The notes beneath the pieces were generated by a model. That model was not told where the DNA came from. It searched no databases and was given only the letters and a program-made list of their open reading frames with translations. Below are positions 12,799 to 32,112 of a stretch of 64,000 bases of DNA, in pieces (positions within the stretch are counted from its first letter, which is position 1; every line of letters begins with the position of its first letter). This DNA comes from Octopus sinensis (Eukaryota). The stretch covers positions 82,770,001 to 82,834,000 of the forward strand of contig NC_043006.1 in the NCBI RefSeq assembly GCF_006345805.1, read 5' to 3'. The translations under genes were made by a program, and so were the position numbers.

Positions 12799-14501
12799 AT
12801 ACACATATAGTTGAAATGTATATAAAACAAAAGTCAAAGACAGGTGTATGGACAATAAGCAGGTATATTTGTTTGACAACCGGGAAAATGGAATAGTCTT
12901 TTACGTTTCGCATCTAGGCTCTTCAACAGGCAGGCGTTTGCTAAATTTGGGTATTTTGCTCAATATTACTAATTACCTTCTCAGTTGCTTGACTAGTTGA
13001 ACATGATGTGTGCATCTCTGATCACGAGTAGATGTAGTGGGGGCCGAATCATAATCGGGAAACATGTGTGCTTCATTCAACATCATTAAATAAACGTATT
13101 TAGGGACCTTTCGAGCGCGATGGGCTACTCGACCTGAAGACAATTCTAACTGGGCTCCACCTGCAAGGTTATGTGCTACTTGTTTTGGTAGATCTCCATG
13201 TCGCACACATATGGTTGTGACGGATGTGCCTGGTGTACGCTTATGTGCTTGGGTTTACTGGGTTCTGTATATTTTTCCCCAGTATCACTTTAATGGCATG
13301 CACTGCCCTCTATCTCAAAAATGATAATAGTGATAATAGTAATATTGCATATACAAACCATATATTTGGTATATACAAAGTTGAATCTGTGCTTTTTAAA
13401 AATACGTTCATCTTCAATACTTCGTTTTCTACCTATCATATTTGTATCACTATTTTTCTTGTTTTTATTTAGCTTAGTTAAATAAGATTTCTCGGTGCAT
13501 TTATTTTCATTTTTAATTGTAGGCGTGGAAGTGTGATTATTGTTATGAAATCGGTGATAAACTACAGGCTAGGTGTCTGGAAAAGAGATTTAGAGAAATA
13601 TTGGTGAGCAAACTGGTTGAAGAAGTGTGTAGCTTTATTCATGGCACAGTACAACCAATCAAATAATTCTTCAAAAATAATGTTTAAGAAATCGAGGAAA
13701 TTTTGCCTAATTCACTATCATCATTAATTCGGTTTCCTTGCCTACAATCATCAATGGTAATGAATGTTGTTTAATGATTGAAAGAATCCGATCGCCAATA
13801 CAAGAGGCTTAAATGTGATTCTTCCGAAAGGTCTCTGTAATAATATTACTTGATAACGTGCATGGCGCGGAGATCAGGTTCTATCTCTACTTCTCTGCTC
13901 TCAGAGACCACAACCGCAGTTTTATGTACTTGTGATTAGAATGTCGCAGGAAAGAATCGTAAGACAGATTCTTCAAGCTAAGATAGCCGCCATAAGACCA
14001 ATAACGAGATGCTTGGGTGATATCCATAGTCTCAGTTGGTCACACTTTGGTATCCCTAGCCGAAAAGTTTTTATTTAGGCATGTTCTATGTTTTTCGATA
14101 AATAAATTTTCTTTATTTAAACGTTCTTGTAGAGAAACTGTTTCTTTGCAGTGGTAGATAGGGAACTGTGGAACATAGCCCAACCTACCGGAAGGATTGA
14201 AATTCCAATTCAAACAGGGAGAGAGGTTCACATTTAAGACCAAATTCATTTGTGCATCCGAGAACATAATTTATGTTATAACTTGTTCAGGTTATAGATG
14301 CAACTATATAGGACAGACCAGTATGTCACTTAGACGGATATCCACACTACATAAGGAAAGATCCGTTTCCCAAGGTATAGACAGATACTTTTGAGTGAAC
14401 ACATAGATAGATGTGCAGGGAATCTCCAACCAAATTTCATAGTTTTCCCTATCAACCACTGCGAAGAAACTATGTTAACTGTGTGCATTTTCCTTCTTTT
14501 A

Positions 14502-14546
<45 letters not shown>

Positions 14547-17500
14547 AACATATATGCATTTATATATGTGTGTGTATGTGTGTGTGTTTGTGTGTGTGGG
14601 TAATGACTATTAATCAAACAAGTGGAGGAATAGAAGATGAAATGATGTTACAAATGCACACAGAATGAATTAGAATTAATTGGAATTTTAATATATTTTT
14701 GAAATATAGGTATACTCTTAACCGTATTCACAATAGATCTTCAAATGTCTAGAATTTAAGGTGTCTCGAATTATGTCTACTCTGACCATTGCTATAAAAA
14801 TAACTTGTTTTTAATGTAGAATTGTGACTCGGAACGCTATCAGTTAGGTAAAATTTGATTGGTCAACGTTCATATATTATGTTCGCGTAGAAGTCACGCG
14901 AAAAGTTCGCTTCAATGAAAATGTTATTTTAGCAAATTCTTCATTATTTTCAAAATTAGTTCAAACAAGACAGTGTGTTTCAAATGAAACATAGCCACAT
15001 AAGAGTTAAGACTAAAAGGACATAGTTTAGATAGGTCTTTTCTGTAACGAGGCCATATATAAGGTTGAGATTTCAAACAGTCGTGTAATTCTTCACAGCC
15101 TAAAGGTGTCCAGTTTTGTATTGCTTAATCATAGCGATTAAGTTGAGGCTTACTAGGAGCCAGTTCTTAGATATGTTTCCGCACTATTTTCAGGAATCCA
15201 GGCATAATAGCATAATAAGATCTGTGTATGTTGTGGAAGGATACCAACCACCCCCAAAGATGGACTAACTCATTGGACTAACTCAGCGATTGGCAGTTCG
15301 GGCCGGTAAGCAGTTCACTGTGAGGAGTTGTCGCTGGATTTGGGTTGAAAGTGTGTTCACTCCATGTGAATTCTGTTGTATTGCATTTTTAATTTACTGA
15401 ATTGTTTAACTGTTATTAACTGGAATTGTTGGAATTGTTGTCGTTAACTGGCTTTTACTTTTTCTTCTCCATTTATGGGTTATGGTATGGATAATACCGT
15501 CATAGAAAGTACACCAGCGGGGAGTTACGCTGTCGTGGCCCACAAAGGCCTGTCAGTAGAGGTACTGCAGGTCCATGAAATCGAATTAAAGGAGAAGAAT
15601 TATAAAAAAATATAGCGGTTTGCTGAAGAAGGAAGGGGACTGTCTGAGATTGACGCTCCCTAAAGAAATACTTGAAAAAACTGAAAAGAGGACAATTACT
15701 TATAGAACGTTGAATGTGACAACAAAAAAAGTTGAAGTAGCTGAGGAGGAAGCGGTAGAGAAATGTTTACGAGAGATAAAGTATATTACGACAATTACAC
15801 GAGGAGAAAATTTACGGCACAGTGGAGGTACGCTTCGTAAGCGAAGAAGAAGCGAGAAAACACTCCATTGTGCCTTTGAGATCAGCCGAGTGGGCACTGC
15901 TACCTACTTACTGTGGCAAACGTGCGGCCAGAGTAAGAATAGGTAGAGTGCCTCCAGAAACTGATGAGGAAGGACAAATCAGAGACGGGAATACCAGCAA
16001 CAGAGGTAGAGAGTGGTGAGGTACAGTAGAGAGAGCCCTCGAAGGGGAAATATGAAAGAACTTTGATTCATTACAAAAAGAGTGTAGAGATACAAAAAAT
16101 TTCAAAAATGAAACATACAATAAAGGTTAAAATGGCTGACAGAAAGGAAAATTGAGATGAGAAAGCGGTGTTGTTGGAGGATGATAGAGCAGGAAGGTTG
16201 CAGGAAATATTTGGCGAAAGGATAGTGATGACAGGAATTCGATTTTGTTACGATCAATTGCTATCAGTGGTACTATTTTTATTATTTGGTGGAACATTTG
16301 GTGTGATATTGTGAAAATTTTAAACAAAAGGAAACTAACAAGATACAAGACCGTTAAGTACACACTTTATTTAAAAAGCAGTAAAATGGAACTACCTGCT
16401 TTGTGGGTTAGGAAAGCCATTTCATTCACATTTCATTTATATTTATAATTCATTCGTTATATGTTTTTATGTACCCCAATGTATTGTTTTGTGGTGTCCC
16501 CTCTTTATAAAGGCCATGGGCCTTAATAAAAGAGAAAAAGCAGTTTACTGTGAGCCGTTGATAGACAGCGTTGAGTTTCGTCTAATAGTAATAGTAGTGC
16601 GTCGTGTAAATACTTTCTTTTCCCCTGCTTCGTTAGATTATCCAACATTAGGATATAACGTGAATTTTTCACCAGGTTCGGTAGCAATATTGAATAACAA
16701 TTGCATTTCAATTGGGTGTCTCTTTGTTAAGTTCTCCCAAAATACCCAAGTAGACACTCTACAGTAATTAAGCTGTTGGAGAAAGTAAGATAACAAGGTG
16801 CGGAGTAAATAAGATAGATGAAACCTCCTACATGAAACTTTGTTGTCTTTAAAACTAACCAGGTAGATATTCTACAATAATTAATTCATAGGAAAAACGG
16901 AGAATTTTGTATTACTGATGATTTTTTATAATCCGTTCAACAGTGGCTTGTATTCTTGAAAGAAAGCACGTTCCTTATTAATTCTTATTTGGTCTGGAGT
17001 ATTCTCTACACATTAATGCGGGAAGACAAAAATTTTAGGAGACATGGTTTTTGCATGTGTGTCCAGGAGTTCATTAAGTGGAATTTGTTTTGTTTTGGTG
17101 GGTAATATACTTGTTGACGGTGAATATTTAGTCTCGTTCTTAATGTGAGTTTAGTTTGTCCAATGTAGTCTTGCATCGAATTTAAATTCTTTGAAAAACA
17201 TGTCAAGTGGTTTTTTACAATAAAACTTTTTCCTGATCTAAATGTCTTAGTCGTGTCCTCAAGGTTTTCACAAGTTCTACAGTTGGATCGGCCACACCTT
17301 TTAACTGTTAGAGTTGTACCCGTAGCTGGTAGTTCTGCATTGGTAAGAAATTTTTAAGGGACTCTGGTTGACTTTGCATTTGGTTATTTTGTATGCTTCA
17401 CGTGCCTTTTTCATTCTTCAGTCTTAGCTCACTAACGGTATATTTTGATGGATAATGCTTTTCTTAATTCCTCAATGTCTATTGCTTTGGCGCGTTCTAT

Positions 17501-18591
17501 TCTATTCCTTATTCCCTTGTAGACGAGTACGTTCTTTCATAGAGAGCCTACTTTACTTCAAGGAGTCTTTTATTCTAAACATCTAGATTGGAAACTACTG
17601 ATTAGATCTTTCAAGTTAGGTTAAATGGAATATTGTGTTTTATGTTTTGGGTGGTATGAAGAAATTAGTATGTACTCTTTAGAGCCCGAAGGTTTGTAAC
17701 AGATGTCGGTTTCTTTGTTCGTATCATTCTTAATAATCAAAATGTCTAAGAAGGGTAGTTAGTTACGGTTAAATTCCATTGTGAGCTGACTGATGTTTCG
17801 CAAACAACTTGCACATGCAAGTGCTACCCGTCGAGAACTCTACATACCGGAAGCCAGCAAGTGTATGGGATCATCAAGAGAGAATGCGCGCTGTTTCGGG
17901 GCCTACCTCTCGATGGCATCAACGCGCACCGGCACCCTTCACTGATATGAGGCCCCGCTTACTAGATCAACTGGTTTTTAAATAAAGCTCAATATTCTTC
18001 TAGCCATCACCCATAGTCTCTTTTTAACCAAATCCAGTGGCTAACCTTTTCCATTGTAGTTTAGATATCGGTCATGGTGGTATTTACTTTACGATGGGTT
18101 ATGCCTAATGATAAGAACGGTGGTCTCACACTGTGTCCAATAAACACTTTACATTCGACTTCGATTGGAAAATGCTCCGCTTTCGAGCCTGCGTCTTCAC
18201 ATTCAAGAAGATTTGCATAATGGTCAATCTTTTGAGCCCTAGTGACGTCCATGTTATCTTCATGAGGAACCGTTAACTCGACTAGATTCATAACTTACTT
18301 TCCTTCACGCCACATTAAAATGTCCGGTTTTTTTTTCATAACTGGCATAGGAAAGAGTCCCTGGCATCCTGGTAAATCATCTCCCAATAACCGTTCTACT
18401 TTTCATCGCTCACAGGAAGTTTGTTGCTCTTCTTGAAGCGGATCCGCTGTCCTGAGCGCACGAGGGTAATGAAATCTCTAGTTGGTACTTTCAACGTTTT
18501 TTTTTTCACTATTGTTGAGACCAATTTGGTCCTTTATAGCATTGAAGATAACCTTAAGAAGCAGGTTGTGTCTCCATGGTGAGCTGACTAC
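9961..18591 (-). repeat. Right arm of giant inverted duplication (spacer 9437-9960)
   Basis: 9961 caactacgatttcacttggcc is the reverse complement of 9416-9436. The arm is colinear with the left arm apart from SNPs, microsatellite lengths, a 342-bp deletion and a minisatellite difference. Confidence 0.97.
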
Positions 18592-18989
18592 TGTTATTGA
18601 TGCAATTGGATAGGAACTTGAAATAATTGAGTTCTTCTAGGTTGTATGTGCACAGAATAAGTCAGTCATCTAAATATTGTTTGCAGTGTTTACTAGATAA
18701 ATTTGAAAGTTGATATTTACTTTGTTTTGGCGTGTTCATCCATTTTGATTTCTAGATATGCCATAAGTTGGCGTGTGTTGGGGCAAGTTTCTTCTGTGCC
18801 CGTATGGTTTCTAAATAACGAAATGTTTTCGTACAGACACGCTTATACACTGTAGGATATCTTACAATTTATACGATAAACTTTATAAATTTTAAAGCTC
18901 AATATTCCCGTGACATAAGTGAAGACATGAGTTATTCAAATACTTTTTCATGGAATGGACCTAATAAAATTAGCTAGAGTACACTCGAT

Positions 18990-19835
18990 ACTTCATATAT
19001 AAATCCGATGTGACTTTCTTTTTGGATATTAATCCAACCTCAGATTCGAAGTCGAATCTACAATTTCTCTCTTGCCAAACAGCTGAATCCATCCGTACCA
19101 AATTTGGCTTTGGGGTGTTTTCATTACTCGGAGAAGGTTCTAGGGTGGGGTCACTAAATTTTTAAACTATTTTTTTCAAAAAACAGAAATATGTTTTACA
19201 TACGTATTGTATACATGGGTTATGTTTTTTTTTTAAATTTAAAGCTAAACGATTCTGATAGAAGCAAACACGATATTGAACAATTCTCCATCATATATCT
19301 ATGACCACCGCCCCTTTTTTTAATAGTAACGATGAACACTTTTTAATTGTGATAATAAAACAAGAGGTTTAGTCCTTACCGCCAAAATTCATTTCTCTTG
19401 GGAAATATAAGTGTGACGATGTTTTCATTCCACGGATCCCATTAATCCTATCTGACATCTCCTATGAATTTAAACGGCTCCAGTTCCCAATGAAACTAAG
19501 TTTGGCTATGTCCATAAACAAATCTCAAGCGCAATCTCTCAAGGTTGTTGAACTTAACCTTGCTTCTCCTTGCTTCTCTCATGAGCAACTGGAAGTCCCA
19601 AAACTCTTTTTCTTTGTACACCAATTAAAGGACAGACTGCAAACATTGTATATTTAGAGGTTCTACAAAATTAATGTTTTTCTACTGATTGATTTCAGGA
19701 TTTGTTTTAATAACTTTGTTTATACTCATGCCATTTGATAGAATTTTTCTGAAAATATCATTTTTATCAGAATAAATATATCTATTTCCTTTAACATTCT
19801 TTAAACTTTCGAGCAACGCCGGGTACTTAGGCTAG
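18990..19835 (+). mobile_element. Non-autonomous Helitron retaining the C-terminal PIF1 helicase fragment
   Basis: ~19420-19600 translates as VFIPRIPLI..FKRLQFPMKLSLAMSINKSQAQSL..PCFSHEQL. The 3' end is gagcaacgccgggta...CTAG|T at 19811-19836. The 5' end is approximate. Confidence 0.8.
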
Positions 19836-20100
19836 TAATATATAAATGTATAAATTATCAAAATATTACTTAATTTTACAGATGAAAATAAATTAGAGCC
19901 AGTAGTCTAATATTACCATAATTTTTATGTGCACACAAGTTCGAAAGAACATAATATCATGATATATGTTAAATATTCTAGAGTCTACAAGAAATATTCA
20001 TATATGCATAATTATTCAAAAAGATACGTAATTATATTTAAGAATTATTCTAATCTCTTTATGCGTACTAATATATTAATCTTAGTAATTAACAAGTGAA

Positions 20101-20675
20101 AGCGGCGAGCACGCCGGGTGAAATGCGTAGCCGTATTGCGTCTGCCATTACGTTCTGAGTTCAAATTCCGCCGAGGTCGACTTTGCCTTTCATCCTTTCG
20201 GTGTCGATAAATTAAGTACCAGTTACGCACTGGGGTCGATATAATCGACTTAATCCGTTTGTCTGTCCTTGTTTGTCTCCTCTGTGTTTAGCCCCTTGTG
20301 GGTAGTAAATGAATAGGTATTTCGTCTGCCGTTACGTTCTGAGTTCAAATTCCGCCGAGTTCGACTTTGCCTTTCATCCTTTCGGGGTCGATTAAATAAG
20401 TAACAGTTACGCACTAGGGTCGATATAATCGACTTAATCCGTTTGTATGTCCTTGTGTTTAGCCCCTTGTGGGTAGTAAAGAAATAGGTATTTCGTCTGT
20501 CGCTACGTTCTGAGTTCAAATTCCGCCGAGGTCGACTTTGCCTTTCATCCTTCCGGGTTTGATTAAATAAGTACCAGTTACGCACTGGGGTCGATATAAA
20601 CGACTTAATCCGTTTGTCTGTCCTTGTTTGTTCGCTCTGTGTGTAGCTCCTTGTTGGCAATAAAGAAATAAGAAA
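20101..20675 (+). mobile_element. Head-to-tail trimer of SINE family B
   Basis: Three ~175-210 bp units; units 2 and 3 start at the internal ggtatttcgtctg, right after the aaagaaata tail. Confidence 0.85.
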
Positions 20676-20688
20676 CGTTAGCATGCTA

Positions 20689-21055
20689 GGGTGGAGGCAC
20701 ATGGCCTAGTGGTTAGAGCAGCAAACTCGCGGTCGGGGGATCGCGGGTTCGAATCTCAGACAGGGCGATGTGTGTGTTTATGAGTGAAGCACCTACGCTC
20801 CGCGCAGCTCCGGCAAAAGGTAATGGCGAACTTCTGCTGACTCTTTCGCCACAACTTTCTCTCGCCCTTTCCTCCTGCATCTTGCAGCTCATCAGCGATG
20901 GACCGGCGTCCCGTCCAGGTGGGGAACCTATACGCCAAGGAAACCGGGAAACCGGCCCTTATGAGCCAGGCATGGCTCGAGAAGGAAGAAACAAACAAAA
21001 AACTCCAATGTAGAGGAGTTTCGACATAAACGGTAACAACACAAGATAAGAAGAG
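20689..21055 (+). mobile_element. tRNA-derived SINE family C
   Basis: A-box tggcctagtggtt and B-box ggttcgaatc are present, but there is no closing acceptor stem and a ~300-bp non-tRNA body follows. Confidence 0.7.
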
Positions 21056-21389
21056 TGATCTTTCTTTTGTTTCGACCGGTATTTTGGAGAATTTGGAATA
21101 AACCAAGGAAATCTACGACTTCGTATCTCCAGCACGGAATTTTCAAATAAGAAGGATTGACAATAGTCAATCTATTTGTAACGGCTCTGTGCTTTGAACT
21201 CGAATATTTTGTGATGGCTTTATGCCTTGGACTCAAATATATTATAACAGCTTTGTGCTGATTTTGATGTGAGTTTTGCCATATCATTTTCTCAATACAT
21301 AACTGAATTATACGGGATTGTTGCTTTATTTGTCTAACACGTAACAAATTATATATACATACACACATAGATAGATATGTGCACATGCA

Positions 21390-21447
<58 letters not shown>

Positions 21448-21665
21448 AGTATACATATAGATATATACACACTTCCACACTTATATACCTAAATATACAC
21501 ACACATACATATACTCATACACACATATATAGATATGTATGCACACATACTCATATACATACATATATACATGTACATACATAGACATATACACACATAT
21601 ACACACACATCTACATAGACAATATATATAGGGATACATGCACAAATACCTACACACACATACAC

Positions 21666-28313
<6,648 letters not shown>

Positions 28314-28361
28314 TACATATATTTGTGTGTGTGTGTGTGTGTGTGTGTATCCATATATATA

Positions 28362-28439
<78 letters not shown>

Positions 28440-28494
28440 ACAGAAAAGTCTAATTCTTCTATTGAATGTAACCGGGCGACGCCGGGTATAAATA

Positions 28495-29903
28495 CATGAA
28501 AGTACATGAAGTTTGTTAAAAAAAGGGGGATCATGTATATACCTCCTGGTTCTTGAGATTATAACACCTCGTTGTAAAAATGTTCCTTGTTTTTCCTTGT
28601 GGAGCATATACAAAAAGGTTTCTTTTGGTTCCTACTCTTGAGCAGGCAACATACAGTTGCCTATGCGAGAAGCAGGGCTCTTCCAAGAGAAGACCAGCTA
28701 CAGAGAGGGTTTGACCCTGAGATTTGTTAAATGTATATATATGTACAAAATCCACTGAGAAGGCTTTTGTTGGTCTGAAGCTACAGCAGAAGACACATGC
28801 CAAGTCACCACACAGTGGGACTGAACCCAGGACCATGTGTTTGGAACGTAGTTTGTTACCACACAGCCACACCTGCCCCTATATATGTGTGTGTGTGTGC
28901 GTATGTGTGTATGGGTACATATATTATGCATGTATATATGTGTATATATATGTGTACATATTACATGTACATCTATATATATACATCTACACATAAAATA
29001 CAAAATACAAAGTTATATCTTGATATCGCTAGTGATAACAATACTCAAAATATATAACAGACTGGAATTGTAGGCCCGTCTCTTGCAATTTCGATCAATT
29101 GGATCTTGTCCTCCCTCTTGTATAGAAGTGTACGGCTGCAGCGAAATTCATTTTTGGACTTTCTTCTATCGAAGGCATTTTAACAAAAATGCTTCGGTAA
29201 AGACGGTGAAAATATTGTCAATTTCCCGAAGCAGGGACACAATTAAATTTTTAAACAATAACCAAAGCCCCTTCTCCGAAAGGGGGAGGGTTACGGCTTA
29301 CAATTATTTAACAAATGCAACACAACAATGTTTCCCTGACGAGGAACCAACAAACGTGATTACAATAGTCAAACAGTAATAATAATAACAACAAACCTTT
29401 TTAATTTACCCCCATTTATGTGAAACCACTTATTCAAGTTCAAGTCATTGATGCAATTTTTATACGAATTGCTAATACACACACACATAATGAGGGTGAA
29501 AAATTGAATATTAATTTGATTAATATGAATTGAAAACCAGTGATATAGCATATAAGACCATAGCGGATCTTCCTCTAGCAAAAAGGATGACCAGTATTAA
29601 TGGCTCATCCCTGTTATATAAATACTTTCACTTTAATTGTTGCACACTTGCAAAGAGAAAGTAGGAGAAAGTGCGGTGGTAATGGAAGGAGTGAAGCAAT
29701 TGAAATGAGAGAGGGAAATCGTAAAATATTGAGTTTTCTCGAAATTTTGCTTAATTGGGAGGTAAAATTGAAAAAAACTTTACATGCCATGACCCAATGG
29801 AATCTACTTCGAAAAATCCAATTGAAGAAATTCTATATTGTACAATTGTATAAAAAACAAACTATTTGGGAGGCAGAGAAAATCTGCCTTTTATCATAAG
29901 AGA
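28495..29903 (-). mobile_element. Composite non-autonomous Helitron-like unit (same 5' end as 28313) carrying ORF1-like cargo, a SINE A head and a PIF1 tail; 3' CTAG not seen
   Basis: A 34-bp terminus identical to that at 28281-28314 occurs at 29871-29904. ~28540-28732 gives NKSQGQTLSVAGLLLEEPCFSHRQLYVACSRVG. ~28945-29465 is shared with ~50487-51495. Confidence 0.6.
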
Positions 29904-30567
29904 TAAGAGACTCACTCTCTCTCTCTCTATATATATATAATGTATGTATGTATGTATCGTTGAAATTTATTGAAAAACGAAAGACAAAGACCGGTGTATG
30001 AACAAGCAAGTGTATTAGTTTGACGCTTGGGAAAATGGAAAAGTTTTTTACGTTTCGGGCCTACGCTCTTGAACAGAAAGTAATGAGAAAATAAACATGG
30101 CGAATGATTAGAAAAGAGTTTGAAAGAACGAGAGATAATAATATAAAAAAAGAGGTTGAAAGAAAGTGAGGTAATAAAGTACTGCTGATCCCAAATGAAG
30201 GTGTGCGTACGTGTGTGGGTATGTAAGAATGGTATGTATGAATGTTTAAGTGTGTGTGCGTGTGAATAGGGGTTAGACTCTGACGTGTGTGAGTGTGTGC
30301 GTCTGCAACGTGTGTGTATAGTAGTTGATGGGTTCTTTTTCACGTGGTGTGTGTACATGTGAGCGTGTCTGTGACCAAAAAGTGTGCATGTGTATGGTAT
30401 ATATATGTATATATGTGGGCGAAAGATATCTTTGTCTATATATGTACTATGTGTTAATGCATGTTGCGTGTGTATGTATAAATAGCCTATGTTCAGGTAT
30501 TACGTGTTTGTGTGGGTATGGGAGTATATATTATCTGTGTTCAGCTATTATATATCTATATACACAC

Positions 30568-30629
<62 letters not shown>

Positions 30630-30659
30630 TTGAGTTGTGGGGTATCGCACGAGTGGAAT

Positions 30660-31466
30660 TATATATGAAAGAAGGTTTGAAAATGCAATTTAAAAGATGT
30701 TTATTTACTTAACCGGATTCACTCTTGGTAAAAGATTGTCAAAAGTAACATTGAATATTATGGGTTCAAAAAAGTGTTTTACATAATTGTCACATTGTAT
30801 ATTATGAATTCAAAAATGTTTTTTTATACATAATTGTCACATTACATGTATAAATATAGTGTTTGGTAACAGATATGTTAAGGGCATAAAAAAGTTCAAT
30901 AGTGTGATGAGAATATTTGGAAAAATTGGCAGAAGAGAATAAAACAAATATATTATTGGAAATTGGTTGCGTTAATTATTGGTTGTCGCAAATTGTCACA
31001 TTACATGTATATATACAGTCTTTGGTAGAAAGGACATGTTAAAGACATAAGGAAATGTAATAGTTTGGTGAGAAAGTTTGTAATATTGACAGAGAAAATT
31101 AAAATGGATATTTTATACATCTCAGAATATTTTGAAATGAAGGCGAGAATTTGTTTTTACTGACCTGTTTGTTTTAGCAGAAAAGTTGAATTGAGAGAAA
31201 AAGATGTGTACCCAGTTTTGTGTATGGTTCCCCTTCAAGCATCAATGATTTTGGGGTTATCGGGAGGTGAGTATGCGGGTGTGAACAGATGTGTCCGTGT
31301 GCCTGCTGGTCAGACGGCGTCTGTTTGTCACACACATATATACACACACACACAACACATACACACACACACACATAGTATACAAACACACACCACATAC
31401 ACAGAACACACACACACACAGAACACACACATACACAACGCACCCACATATATAATATACACACAC

Positions 31467-31499
<33 letters not shown>

Positions 31500-32052
31500 C
31501 ACACGCATACATACATACATAATATAAATATCACACAAATATACCTAGCATATATATACATACCATACACATACACAGCATGTATATAATACACATACAC
31601 AATATATGCATGCAATATACATACGCAATACATACATATTATATATATATATAGACAATGCATATACATATATACATATATACATATAAATAGTGTTTAC
31701 ATACACATACATAGATATACCACATATACACACAATATACATACACACAATGCATACACATACACGTACGCATACAATTAATATATATATACACACACAC
31801 ACATAACATACATACACAATGCATACATATATATACATGCAATGTATATACATGTATTCATGCATATATAGCACACCTACAGTATACATATATACAATGC
31901 ACACATACTCACACATATATACACTTAATTGTACACATACATATACAATACACATACATACAATATACATATACACAATGCGCATGCAAATAATGCACAT
32001 GTTTATACACACATATACATGCAAATATATATACACACACACACATATATAT

Positions 32053-32092
<40 letters not shown>

Positions 32093-32112
32093 ACATACAT
32101 GCACATATATAT
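30660..32112 (+). repeat. Left arm of ~1.45-kb inverted duplication (right arm 34959-36482) bracketing the PLE ORF
   Basis: 30661 atatatgaaagaaggtttgaaaatgc is the reverse complement of 36455-36480. The inner end 32101-32112 is the reverse complement of 34959-34970, which abuts the PLE 5' end. Confidence 0.95.
31178..31266 (+). CDS. Candidate host exon (89 nt); identical inverted copy at 35870-35958 (-)
   Basis: Branch-like ctgac at 31160, acceptor tgtttgttttag|, donor GAG|GTGAGT, and one open frame RKVELREKDVYPVLCMVPLQASMILGLSG. No homolog recognised. Confidence 0.35.

Noticed and set aside
20101-20675. Regularly repeated units resembling a CRISPR or satellite array
   Set aside because: The units are whole SINE bodies with no unique spacers, in a eukaryotic context.
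20689-20770. tRNA gene
   Set aside because: A and B boxes are present, but there is no acceptor stem and the sequence continues into a SINE body.
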